A stretch of 63,098 nucleotides of DNA, counting the filler, from Polymyxa betae A26-41 (Eukaryota; Protista; Endomyxa: Phytomyxea), in assembly GCA_003693705.1 (NCBI GenBank). It is 5 parts of 5 records of this genome, joined end to end, with 100 filler letters (N's around TTAATTAATTAA, not from the genome) between each part and the next. Parts side by side here need not be neighbours in the genome. Positions count along the whole stretch, not along the records: positions 29,114 to 51,239 come from RBZT01000394.1; positions 51,340 to 60,105 come from RBZT01000263.1; 3 more parts are not named here. The stretch is one strand, 5' to 3'. The position numbers and the translations under genes were made by a program. Within the stretch, counting starts at the first letter, position 1. Every line of letters begins with the position of its first letter. The notes beneath the pieces were generated by a model. That model saw only the letters and a program-made list of their open reading frames with translations, did not search any database and had not been told where the DNA came from. Shown piece after piece: positions 39,287 to 52,105 of the stretch.

Positions 39287-39393
39287 CTATTAAGCGACGA
39301 TTGCACAGCCCTGGCTTGACCTGTCTTGTTTTCCGTTTGACCACCGTTAAACAGGACACGACAGGACAGGGCTGCGCAATCGTCGCTCAATAG
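39287..39393 (-). repeat. 107-nt fold-back (27-bp terminal stem); MITE or hairpin RNA
   Basis: ctattaagcgacgattgcacagccctg versus cagggctgcgcaatcgtcgctcaatag (25/27), plus inner tgtcttgttt/aaacaggaca pairing. Confidence 0.85.
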
Positions 39394-40071
39394 CCACCAG
39401 TGGCTTCATGTGGGAGCAGCCTCTTGAGCGGGCTGCGCGACAGCGGCCTCTTCATCGTCTTGAGGTCTGACGGCAGCTATTCAATTGACCTACGATTGCT
39501 CTGTTGGGATGCTGGGTGCGAAGTCCTAGACGATGGATGCGATAAACTCAAACAACACAATCTCACACTTGGTGTGTATAGCTACTCTGATTTATTCAAT
39601 ATGTTTGTCGCACTTAGAAAGTCCGCAGAATGTTCCACGCATGTTTCCACTGGAGCGGGGTGCGGCCATCTTACTCACTAGAATGTTCCGAACACTCCAA
39701 CATGCTCAACGTTCAATAAGTTGTTCGTATTTTTCAATTGATTTCAAATTGATTTACAGTACACAGTAGTCATTTGTTTTGAGAATGGCTATTTTGAAGA
39801 GGCCTGATTGTAAGGTCAAATGAAATTTTCCCGGTCTGATTTTCTCATTTCTGAGCCACTGAGGTCTGAGGAGGCTCCACGGGTGCGGCCTGTTTTAGGA
39901 TTTAGGGTGTCGCTCGTGACCAGATTTCTTTGGAACTAAGTCATCGATAAGACGACATCATCGCAGTTCGTAAAACTGTTTTTGATTTGTCACTTTTTAT
40001 GTCAAAAGTCATGTGATTGTATCCCAGCAGTAGTGTATGTATAGCGATGGTGCTTCGCCTGACGAAGGCGA

Positions 40072-40804
40072 TTTGGATAGGATTGGATTGGATTGGATTG
40101 CACTATTTGTTCGCACATTTCGGTGGAGTGGGCGTGGTCCTGAACATACATCCAGGTTCTCTTACTTCAATATTTCAGAGATAATTCAGCCCTAGTTATT
40201 CTATCGTAGTTCAGCCCTACAGAGGAATTAGTGATATTGACAGTGAAGGCAGCCAACTGTTGGCCCAATCCTACAGGGAGTTGAACCCTGTACCTTCAAA
40301 CTGCTGTCTTTATCCCCTGCTGGATTTCCAGCTTTCTCAAATATCGCGGCTATATACACAGCAATTCTTCGCAGCTTTTCGCAGCCGTTTTCCCATAATA
40401 CTGCTATGTTTCCAAAATGCGTCGTTGAAATTGAGTTTGCGGGCCTGGTTGTATTGGCTCCGGTATTTGCCTAGTTTCTGTTGTAGTTCAGGGCATTGGA
40501 TTAGTAGGTGCTCAAGCGTTTCGCTCTCATTTGAACAAAAGCGACATGCGTCATCAGATTCAATTCCAATATTTTTCAGATGTGATTTGCATCGAGTATG
40601 TCCTGTACGGGCTCGATTCAGGAGTGGTCTGTTGTGTTTTACTCGTAATTGAATTAGGATGGGTCTGGTTTGCAAGACTATTATACCGCATTGGAATGGA
40701 GTGCGCTCCGGAAATCCATTAAACTGACTCGGTTTGATATCTGTAAATAGGTAGCGCTGCATATTTTTTCGTGCATCGATAGGAGCTGAGTACTGATCAT
40801 GTTG
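40072..40804 (-). mobile_element. 5'-truncated LINE with C-terminal zinc knuckle, (AATCC)n tail and 13-bp TSD
   Basis: TSD ctgacgaaggcga at 40059-40071 and 40805-40817; RARTGH...CRFC....ETLEHLLIQC motif. Confidence 0.92.
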
Positions 40805-41279
40805 CTGACGAAGGCGAGTCACCAAGAGCAGTTGTCCACGCCAAACCAGAGGTGAAGCAGGATAGTCGCTGCTGTGGAACATGCTCCGTACTCGACCATA
40901 ACGACAGGCAACGACATCAGGGACTACTAAGAAGGCTGAGGTCTTAACCCGATTTACGCTTTGGCTCAGCTTGCGGTCGACGATGGTCAGGAGGACTTCG
41001 ATCGTCCGACACAGGTTTAGATAGCTACGAACTAGGAAGCAGTCAGCGGCAGCTCCTCACCAGTTCCTGCTCAATGATAAAAGAAATGATCTTATTACTA
41101 TACGCAGATGAACTAAATAGAATGGTCGAATCCAACGGAATCAGCTAGCTTTTGGTGTGAGACCTTGTGAACGACTTTTTGCCATTCAACAAATAGAAAG
41201 GAACTCGAAAGCTGATACAGAATACTGTAAGCTAAATCAGCCTTTTAATTTTTCACGGGAGAATGGGAAAGATTTCTGT

Positions 41280-44200
41280 TTAAAGTGAATCGACAGGGAA
41301 TGTGTTCTCTTCTAGGCAGACCTCAGGTGACGTCCTGCTCCACTGATCTGATACATTGGCGGATTTCTCACGATGCAATGCCATCGTCAACCGGGATATA
41401 TAGGAGTTCCTCGGCAAACGTAGCTGAAACGGAACCAGGTGAGCTTTCGCTAACCAATTCATTTCCAGTGCATCTGCAGCAGAATATCTCCTGGAAGGAT
41501 TCCAGCTTAAGAGACGCTTTAAAGTAGTCCTCACTTCGCCTGAACATTGTGTTTTCGATAGGTCCAGTACGCTTTGTTTCGTCTGCAGTTGTCAGTAAGA
41601 TAGCATTACAGCTCGAATCATGGCCTTACAACCTTAACATCGCGAAACGTTGAGCCGGGCGTTAGCAAACGATAAACGATAGCGCCGACACTCCACATAT
41701 CAGCTTTGGGACCAACACGGTCACCCCTTTCAATCTCTGGAGCGATGTATGAGCGCGTCTCGCTATCTAACGCCGAGAAGAAGAACTTCCTCAACCCGAT
41801 ATCGACCAGCTTACATTCAATCAAAAAGCGAGCCAGAAATCACTAACAAACAAGCTTTCATCTTAATTTACTTGTATTCATAGCTTTCCAGTGTAAAATG
41901 GAATGGAAACAATAAAAAAGACTTTTAAAACTCTTAACGGCAATCAAAATGAACTTGATAAACAGTTAAAACCAACCTGAGCGCGATGCTGGCGCAGCGA
42001 ATTTAAACGTAGGATGATGTTAGCTGGACCCAAAGCCCTAAGCAAACACTTCAGAATTTGTTGCAGACATGATTAATTCATTACCCGAGAACAAGCCCAT
42101 GACTATGCAGGAATTTCAATCCAGATATCGCCTGGCGCATGATTAATGCCACACTATTGACAGATAGAGCACCAGAAGCGCCAATAATCTCATCCATACG
42201 AATCCAGTCTATATGCACTTAGAAAATCCAATACCCTAACATTAAACCCTAATGGAAGACGACACAGCCGAGGCATTGAACAAAACATTGCCAGATTACG
42301 AGGGATATAACGCCTGATAATATAAATCTTATCATTGTCTTCGTATAAGGCTTCAGTTGCAGTCACATCGGGATGATCAGCGAACCGTAGCACGCCGGAT
42401 TCGATTCGTAGGGCATGAAGATCGGTCTCTTGTACCACTATGATGAAAATAAGATAATTTGAATGTCGAAAAGAGCGAATACTAACTGAATTTATCGATA
42501 TAATTCACCATATAACGTTGGCCGGTGTGCGCGCCTTTGCATTCAAACACGTTCGGAAGGCATGGATGCACAACGCTGCTGATATGATAATGATCCTATT
42601 AAATTTGGTTATTACAACAACGACCATTCAGATCCAGTTCTGCAGAAGAGCAGCACAGAAAAATGGGTTAAAAGTTACACAAAATGAAAATGTTTCGTCG
42701 ATAATTAGCAAAAAGATGAAAATTTCGAGAAAAAATTCCAAATTTTTTAACAAGGTTTTACTGCAAGGATAAAATCGCGAGAAGCAATGCGGATAGCTTC
42801 AACCCAGCGATCGCGTTGTTCGGCATTATGCAGGTAGACTATACGAGTAAGATGACTTAGGTTCGAGACAATCTGGAATGCGAATCGTGGTCGTAAGGTG
42901 CCTCGAATGGAGTCGGCATAAGGATTGTCATCGTCCTGGATCGGGTGGCAAATAGCTCCAGATAGCGAGATCACAATATTCGGCTTCGGCGAAGTCTCGT
43001 TATGGAACGAGTACAGCATGTTGTTCCTCAAAACAATCCAACGACGTTTCAGACGCTGGCGAATTACTCAGAAGATGTTAAGCCCATATAAACCCTGAAC
43101 CTAACCATAAACCTGACCTATGTCGACATAAAAGTTTAATCATGCTAGACGTTAAGGTCAAAAAAGCAAATAGAAAAAGCAAATTATAATTCCCAAACGC
43201 TAACCAAATTGCCTGCAAAACCCGTGAAATAGAAAATCTTTTACATACTCTGAGAAACCAGGTCTGTTGATAGACATAGCCTTGCAGTGAGACAGGGTCC
43301 ATATACGTAGAGTTGCTTCTGCCTTCGTCAATAATTTCTTGAGAATGGCATCTGCATGTAAAATCGAAGCTGCTACTGGAAGACGACCTGCAGCACAGCG
43401 TTAGGCATCCAGATTCGTGTTTTCAGTCGACAAATACCAATCTTGAGGAGTCGAAGCGCGATCCAGAGATGCAAAACTGCCGGATTCGTGACTTTTCTGT
43501 CTGAGAGAAGTTATTCAGCAAGACCAGAGATTTGCGATCTCGATAAATTACCGGAACTCTGGAAACACAATTCGATGAACACCCATGTTATCATCTTCTG
43601 GTACACAACTTTGAGCACAGAATTCACTTTCATGCATATGGAATTCAGGCATCTCGGAACATGGTGGAGGTGACGAAGCCGAAGATATAAACTGTTCCGA
43701 GCAGCTTCGAAGCAGACAGCAGGAGCGAACAGCGATATCCATAACAAAGTCTCGCAACTGGCCAAATGTGTCGTGCATCTCAACCTTTGGGAATTCATTC
43801 AAACGATGAGAAGGATAACCGAGATGATAATACAAGATGATACAGGTCATCGAAATAGATGCAATCTCCAAAGCATTGATTTTGTTTCCGCTCGATGAAT
43901 GACGATGCGATCTCTTTCGCCTGCTCAAAACTCCATAATTAATCGTTAAACATAACAAAAGATGAAAAACAAAAGATGAAGGATCTTCCAAACCGATAGT
44001 AGAAAGACGAACAGGTCGAAACATTACCTTCAGATCAGCGGTGATCATATAAGAATGATCAGTAATATTAACACCCATCAAATTACATGCACTGTCTATA
44101 ATGGTGTCCAGAATGTGGATCAATTCCGGGCGATGAATGCTAAGATCGTCAGTTGCATTAAAGATGGTCCGAATCAAATCAATCTGCAACCGACTCAGAA

Positions 44201-44759
44201 ATGGCTCAGAAGCATGCGAACAGGATAAAAAAATCGGAAATCTTCGTAAATTCAGAAAAAAGCAAAAAAAACGGACCTTATCAGCACTGTTGGCAGTCGT
44301 AAAGACACTCAAAGCAAGCAAGAAATGATTGTAGCTGATTCTGCCTTGATGAAAGGTGTCGAGCATGTTGAATACGTGATCAGCAAGACAGGGAGCAATC
44401 GCGAACAGTTTCAGGAAACTATCGCGACCGATGGTTGGGCTGTATCGAAGCGGAACGACCTCCTGGAATCGGCGCCTGACATTGACGAGATTGTCGACTG
44501 CCAGAACTACGCTCTAAGATCACAAACAGAGCCAGATCCAGCAGCAATAACAAACTAACACAGTTTACAGAACGCAATCGATTTGGATAGGACAGACGAC
44601 GTCATCAGGCCGCGATCTACACGATGCTCGGCTCGGCAGCAATCTCACAGCACCTCGGAATTCATAACATTTCTTCCGTCCTATTTGGACAAAACTGCGC
44701 AGCTGGTGGCTGGTTTGTTTTTTACGCATCTTTTGAGCATGCAAATTCATCATGTACAA
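41280..44759 (-). CDS. Multi-exon EF-hand + PH + CAMK-like pseudokinase (CDPK7-like architecture; start uncertain)
   Basis: EF-like LDTFHQGRISYNHFLLALSVF; PH LQGYVYQQ...QRDRWVEAIR; kinase C-lobe YIAPE, ADMWSVG and LLSWNPSRRYSA. The spliced catalytic loop reads HSHGLVLGALGPANII. Confidence 0.8.
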
Positions 44760-44786
44760 AAAGTAAAGTTATTCGTTACCGTAACT

Positions 44787-44910
44787 GGCATAACACGACG
44801 CTTGTTTGAATCTGGTTTTCAAAATCCGCACGCAGAAATAATGAATGCGGCATAACACGACGCTTGTTTGAATCTGGTTTTCAAAATCCGCACGCAGAAA
44901 TAATGAATGC
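44787..44910 (+). repeat. Exact 62-bp tandem duplication
   Basis: ggcataacacgacgcttgtttgaatctggttttcaaaatccgcacgcagaaataatgaatgc occurs twice head to tail. Confidence 0.95.
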
Positions 44911-46728
44911 AAAATCTTTAAAGTGCGAACGTCTATCTTTACCAATGCCTCTCCGAATGTGAGACATCTATCAAAATTCCAGGTGGATTTCCGTTCCGAT
45001 TGACAGCGTTGTTTTAGTCTCTGATATCTGTCATTTTATGTTTCGTCAGAGAGCCACCATGCATTAACTGCTGGAAATCTCTTCCATATTATTAGTGAAT
45101 GAATCGACAGACAGTATTCCGAGTGATTTCCGACCATGATCTAGCTGCTTTAACAAGATCAGTTTAGTCTGCGTATCCCAGAATCAAGGGCAATGCGCTG
45201 GCCAGAATGATACCAATCATCAGTGTGAATGGTTTCGTCACTCTGTAAACTCAAGGGACGTTATCAAATCGAGACACAAGCAAAGGCGTGAAATCGTCGA
45301 GCTCCTAACATTTATCCATCAATGGTCACTCACCCGAAACCATCATAGAAATGATCAAAACCATCATACAGGAAATTGCATTGATGAGACAGTTGGAAGG
45401 TTCCCAAAAGCTGTTCAAGTAACTTGTGCAGTCTGTGCGGCTGCAAGCTACAAGCAATTAGAAGTGACATCGCGAGCGCGGTGTAATGCTACCAACAATG
45501 ACGATCCCGAATCTGCTGCGGTTGCACACGTTGTCCTCGTATAACAAGATGCATTCACATACAAACCAAGAATACGATCGTAGCAATGCAAGTTGGTCGA
45601 TGAAGTTTCTATCGAGTCGGGCAAATTCAATGAATTTTTGGTAAGATCTAGAATACACAATTCGCTCAGGCATCATTCAGATTTGTACCTCCGATCCAAT
45701 GATTGTCCTCATCTTATACTTCCTTTTTTACAAATTTTGTATGAGAACAGTTTGAACTGATAATCTGATCACATTGTCCAGTTAATACTTCCAAAACATG
45801 AGATTTTCGACTGTGTACGTCCATAACAGAAATTCTTACTTTTAATTGGGCAGAAAGGTTAACCGGATTGGGACTTTATCTCGAATAAACATCTGATAAA
45901 TCCGCGAGAATCGACTATGTCTCGATCAATAATGGCATCATGCAACTGCTTCCAACACAAGAGATTCTCCACAGAGATCTTCAATGTCAAAAACTATTTC
46001 AATGCATCCAATCCAACCAGACGGATTCCGCACTCAGCTACGAACCTCGACCCTGCAGTCGCTCGAACCAGGACGTCGTAGAGGGACTCCGACGCAAGCA
46101 ATGCAACGATTCTATCAGGGGAACATCTCGTCGGTCGGCGTTGTCCGACTCCTTCCAATCTTTCAACAAACCCCATCTACTCGGAATAATCACATTCAAT
46201 CGAATCGCAATATCGCACGTTGTATTGCTGCGGCCAACTTACGATGAATGATGTTGCCATAAACATCAGCATAATTTCATCATCAGCCAATATATCCGAA
46301 ATCAATCGATGAATTGTTTAATGAATTTGGACAAACAGCATCTGCTGATTAATCGGTTGATATTCTGCTACTAAAGAGTATTTTGGGCTGCACTTTTGAT
46401 CTTAAAGTGATACAAAACAATCCGCATCTTTCAAACCCATGAACAGGGTTGCGCTTGTTAGATGCATAACGACCCAATGATGGGATCACCTCAGAGCGCA
46501 TTGCTTCGATACGCTACTACACGATTAGCGGCTCTTGAGATCTCAGATATCGCTAATCCAATCGGAGGATGGAAGCTTTCCATTCTTGCTGCAGAATAAC
46601 AACAAATATGAAGCATCAATAACAGAATCGCTGTTGTTCTGTGCCAGAATCCGCCGCAGCAGATAATATGAGAAGAGTACGGTCGTTGGCACCGCTCTGG
46701 GGACGTCCATAGATATTCGTGGATATCT

Positions 46729-48521
46729 ATGGAACTGACCAATCCTGAACGCCCTCACGACTCCATGACCTCCGAACAGCATCATGGGCCAACATACGCC
46801 GTTAACACCCATTACATCATCCTCCTGGGCCTGTACGGTATCATGGCAGCCATCTCCAGCGTCTGGGTGATTCGTCGTCGTCATTACCAGCCGCTGAAAT
46901 TTCGCGATCACAACCTGCTGGTAACACCGGATCCATGCAGAAGGCGGCCTTCAGCTGATTGAGATTCCCAGATTGCTACTATCATGTCTATGTATATTAA
47001 TAGTATTGTCAGCTCATCATTCATATCAGGACAAGTTACCGACTGTCTAATTCAAGAGATTATCCGTAAAATCGTTGTCAAATTTCGCGTTCATCAATAT
47101 TCCGTTTTGTACTGTAATACGAACGAGAATGGGTTCTGTTTTCGGTCAATTTTTTCTTTGGTTTAAGTTTCGGTTGGATTGAAATGTGTCTTTAAACAAA
47201 CTTTCGGATAGTTTAATGGAATTGTCTGTAAAAGATGTCTGCTGATGATTATCACACAGAGATTCCCTATCTGTCTCTTCTGGTCCTATTAATGGCCCGA
47301 TTCTGGAAACTGCTTCTCGCCTCCCATCTAACACAAGCTCGCCTATCTGGTGATGTTACCAGCTCCTGGATCTTACAATATCCCTGGTTAGCATCACCAC
47401 GCAATATCTGGGGTGGCTCGCTCTCATTGATCGTCGTGCTGGCCCTGGTCCAATTCTCGATCGCTTATCCTAGTCCAGGATGTGTCTGGTCTCACAACGT
47501 CTATCTCTTCAATGTCGTTTTATTGATGACGTTCTGGCTGTCAGTCGCCCTCATGACCTGGAAACTTCGTCATATTCAGGACGGGTTCTTCGTCGTCAAA
47601 GAGCTGAAGACGTTGGGCGTTCTGATCCTGATCACGAATCTGTTCCTGATCGTGTATGTCGGCCAAGGCTCGTTCGATCTGGTCGCACAGACGTTCGTCG
47701 TGTATTCGTTCATCATTCAGCTTGGCGTACAGATGTGGTATCCAATATGGAAATCGTATCAGATGGGTGATCCGAGTAAGGAGATGGATAGCGTCCTAAC
47801 AAAGGTTCCGGAGACAGATATGACCGCTTTGGCTGGAAATATGGGCCGCATACAGCCGTTGACTCCGGAATCCAAATTCGTTGAAATCCTTCAGCATCCG
47901 GATGGGTTCGTGGCATTCAAGAATTTCTTGATGTTGGAGTTCTCGGTGGAGAATTTACTCTGCTGGCAGCAGTTGCATGTTATGAAGGATGAACGAAATC
48001 CGGGCAAAGTCGCTGATAACTTTCGCAGAATTTACGAGACGTTTGTTCGGGATGGAAGCCCGTATGAAGTCAATATACAATCAATGCTCAAGGTGAATCA
48101 TTTTATATCTCGGACTGAATGTTTCAAGTTCTCTCAACCTGCGGTTTCACTGAGTTTCTGTGTCAGTTCTCGAAATTTTTAAATAGGTTAATGGCTGAAT
48201 TACATGCAGGGCTACTTTCAAGATGTAATTGAAGGAAGACCTATCAGCACCTGCATTCAGGTTTCAGCGCGTAAATCGATAGCACAGCCTTCAAGTACTC
48301 CAAATCCATGCGATGATATCAGAATACGACTTTTGAAACAGCTCTATTTTGGTAACAATACTTGATACAGAGCCTGCTGAGATTTTTTGACGTTTGTTGC
48401 AGAGATTGTCAAGTTGATGCAGCATGATTCGTTCTGCAGATTTCGAAAGACTGAAGCTTTCAATGACCTATTCTGTAATCAATGTGAACAACAGTCGATT
48501 ACAGTAATTGAAGAACAATAG
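46729..48521 (+). CDS. 7TM-RGS protein, paralog B
   Basis: Exon 1 ...RRRHYQPLKFRDHNLL; main exon EIPYLSLLVLLMARFWKLL...EFSVENLLCW...SPYEVNI; last exon EIVKLMQHDSFCRF to TAG 48519-48521. Confidence 0.88.
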
Positions 48522-49379
48522 AGGCCATATTCATGACCATAGGAATCAATATCACTAACTCTAAATGAAACGTTCCATCGCAAGCGACTGTAAGCTTCCT
48601 GATGCGAGTTGGATTTCCTCGAACCACGACAAAAGCGGCTTCAAAAATGTTTCATATTCTTCTGCTTCCAAAAACTGACGTATACTTCTTCGTAGCAACG
48701 ATATGATGTTTGTGAAGGTAATATTCAAGTTTTGTGCAAAGAGCACAGAGTCATCACGCTGCTGGATTATGGCCATAATCATTATCAAAGACCGAAATAG
48801 CTCTCAGATATGATAAATAGTGAATGCCTTACATGTAGCAAGCTATTCTGCCATGTTCTCTCATTGTTATCTCCATTGTATTGCTGCGAAAATGATTTCG
48901 AAAACAAACCTAGAAAATGCTGAAAGTTTGTCAGGGCGAGCGAATCTTGTTGGCAGAGGAAGCCATAACACCCTGTAGTAGGCAATTCAAACCCTCAAGA
49001 AATTGGAAGGATTAGAGGAGACGAAGATTGCAATTCCCTCGGTCACCTTCAATTCAAGATTGTCTGGACGAACATCACATTTCCGTACAATCTGGAAGCT
49101 GACGCCAGGTGTGACTAGATTATGGAGGTTTCAACTGCAATTTCACGACGTAATGCGTCGGTTCAATCAAAACAGAAAAAACTCGTCTGAGATAATAGCA
49201 GATCATGAGCCTGAGATCCGCAAATTCATGATTTTTATAGAGACGGGCTTGGGGACGACCCAGCCTACAATGATCGATCATTTCGTTCCCGTCTGAGGAC
49301 CAGCCGGGGCCGTATCTGGTTATGTAGAGTTAGAAAAAGGGGCGAAGGGGGGGGGGGACCCCCAACCGATCTCCCCTTC

Positions 49380-51039
49380 TCACATTCGACAAGTCCGAAC
49401 GTCGTGTTGCATCAATCGAGGCCGCCATCCAGCCTTGCTGGACGCTGCATCGATTACGATTATTGTCTTATTCGCGCTGTATAGTGTCAGCGAGGTCACA
49501 TCCATCTATCTCGTCATACGACGACGCCATCTCCAGCCATTGAAGTTTCGAGATCCCTATCTGCTGGTAACGTGAACACACACGAAAAACGTTACATTTG
49601 TGACAGTGATGATTCAGGTCGCCTCGGAAACCTCTCTCTATCTGTCATCAGCCACGAAGTGCTTATACGGTCCTTACCGACAGTTTACAGCTGTGTTATT
49701 AACGAAATCTTTTGTAAGAAATATTCTCATCTATTCTATTGATTATCTTATTGGTTTTCGCTGTCAAAAACCTCGAATTGCGTCTTTCGATTTCAGATTG
49801 CGATTTCTTCTAAATTTGTTCATACAGTATTGCCATTCTGTTGCTGTATATCATTAATTCTGGGACGATTCTAGAAGCTCTTTATAATGTCGCATATCAC
49901 CACCGCTCGTCTTCGCTCCGATGTTAACAGCTGGATCTTACGTAACACCTGGGTATGTAACAGCAGGTACCTGTGGGCCGGTATCATCATTACGGGCGCC
50001 GTACTGTTCCTATCGCATCTAACGGTCGCCATGTCTACTACGGGATGTTATTATTCCGGTCCATCACAAGCGCTATTGAGCGTCTTCTTTATTGGATTTC
50101 TGCTGGGTCTGGCCATCATGATCTGGAAACTTCGTTCTATTGAGGATGCGTTCTATGTGACCCAGGAATTGAAGATGTTAGGGACCGTCATTCTGCTCAG
50201 CTATATCGTATTGCTGGCGGTCAATAATTCCACCGAATATAAATCTTCCAACAGTTCTTCCTGTTCTTCGTAAGCTGCAGCGAGAATATCATACAGATGT
50301 GGTTTCCGCTTCACAAATCGTATGATGCGAAATTCGGGAATCGAACCGCTGTTGAGGTCGAAGATAAAGCGCAAAGCCGTGCGAGCATGATGAGCCATGC
50401 CAGCAGGATATTGACGACGAGAGACACAATAAGGCATTTGAATCAGAAATCCAATCTGCACGATGTCCTTCGTCATCCGATGGATTTGCTGCATTTAAAC
50501 GATTTGTGACGTTAGAGCTGTCGGTGGAGAATTTTCGACTCGATCTTACACGATCTACAGCCGGATCTGGTACAGGAACAATTCGAGCGGACATTCCAGA
50601 TGTTCGTTCGTACTGGGTCTCCGAACGAAGTCAATATCGCTTCAAGTCTGAATTTGTGAACACGACACTGATTATTTTGACAGCCGTTAACTGTATCACA
50701 GTCTGCATTCTATAATATTATTGAAGATCGTCCTGTTGATACAGATTTTTCTATCAATGAATTGAGCTCAGTACCAAATGGATGGGCCTCGATTCCTCCA
50801 TACAAACTCGACTGAAATTGCTGAAACGCCTCAAATATGGTAGGTCGTTGACGTATGGAGATGTTGGAATTGATTTTTCGTCTGAAGATATCTTGAAACT
50901 GATGAATGATGACCCGTATCGTCGGTTCAAGCTGACACCCGACTTTCACGAATTGATCACGATTCACCAGCCTGAGGTCAAGGTCTCTATGTTATCAGGT
51001 TCCATAACTACTCGATCTTCCGCTAGCCCCCATCAATAA
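49380..51039 (+). pseudogene. 7TM-RGS paralog C, frameshifted
   Basis: RRRHLQPLKFRDPYLL, IWKLRSIEDAFYVTQELK, LELSVENF and ILKLMNDDPYRRF lie in different frames with indels. Confidence 0.8.
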
Positions 51040-51239
51040 ACCGATGGCATTATTCATATGAAAATCGGCTCGAATCTCCATCGCATTATGATAAGAGGAA
51101 ATGTGAATGGATCAGATTCCACCAAACCGAAACTATGAGTAAAATGATTTTATATAGGTTTTCATAGCTCCAAACACTTGGTCTCAAAAACTTTGAAATA
51201 TTCTGAATGTCGGCGTGATAGGCGCCCATGACCCTCACA

Positions 51240-51339
51240 NNNNNNNNNNNNNNNNNNNNNNNNNNNNNNNNNNNNNNNNNNNNTTAATTAATTAANNNNN
51301 NNNNNNNNNNNNNNNNNNNNNNNNNNNNNNNNNNNNNNN
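51240..51339. other. Assembly linker
   Basis: N44-TTAATTAATTAA-N44. Confidence 0.98.
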
Positions 51340-51466
51340 AAAACACTCTCAATCGACTGACGCAATTAGTTCCGTACTGGTCCAGGGGAAGGTTTGGCGA
51401 AGTCTCTACTGTATCTGCAGCCTGAGCAGCGACCAGAATGAGGACGAAGATGACTGAAAGAATCAT
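51340..51466 (-). CDS. N-terminus of a secreted protein, running into the gap
   Basis: Signal peptide MILSVIFVLILVAAQA; DQYGTNCVSRLRVF resembles NPYGCLGRLSSF of the divergent neighbour. Confidence 0.55.
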
Positions 51467-52105
51467 TTCTCTTAAAGATGACAGAATCAGATCAGACTGC
51501 AGAGTCCCAATCAATCATCACGCAGTCCGAAAGACAGCAATGACCATACCGAATTCGGTCTTAGAATCGGGTATTCATACTTCCTCCACGATTATTTTAT
51601 CATATAAATCTAAGTTCGATCCTACCCATATTAGTCACCCAGATCTACAAATGGAACAACAATGGCGTCTTCGTTACTCTGTCCCGATTGATTCCGGAGC
51701 TAACGCATTCGTCGAAATCTTTTCGAAAAATTGAGCGCTGAAAATGTGCTGTTGCCACGCAGTTTTGTGTTTTCCTTGTGGAAATGTTTTCCTCTCACTC
51801 CTTTTGATCTGAAACCCATAAGAATGAAACCCATAAGATCCTTTACAGCTGATTAATCATCCATGTTCATGGACAAGCTCGGATCTTGTCATCACTATTT
51901 GAAAGAAAATGCTGCTAGGTGAAAGACATCTTTGAAATTGAACTTCAAATTCAACGCATGCTGATATTTCATCGATGCTCAAAGTTTGACTTCAGCTTCT
52001 TTTTATCAAAGGTCTGCGTGAGTCAAGCAATTTTTGCGCTCTCGGACTTCGTTGACCGCGGAATAGGCCTGCCCTTTCCGTTTCAGTCTTGGCAAACCTC
52101 AATCA

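Noticed and set aside
40805-40882. N-terminus of the 181-aa ORF as part of the LINE
   Set aside because: It lies outside the TSD; chance fusion with flanking DNA.
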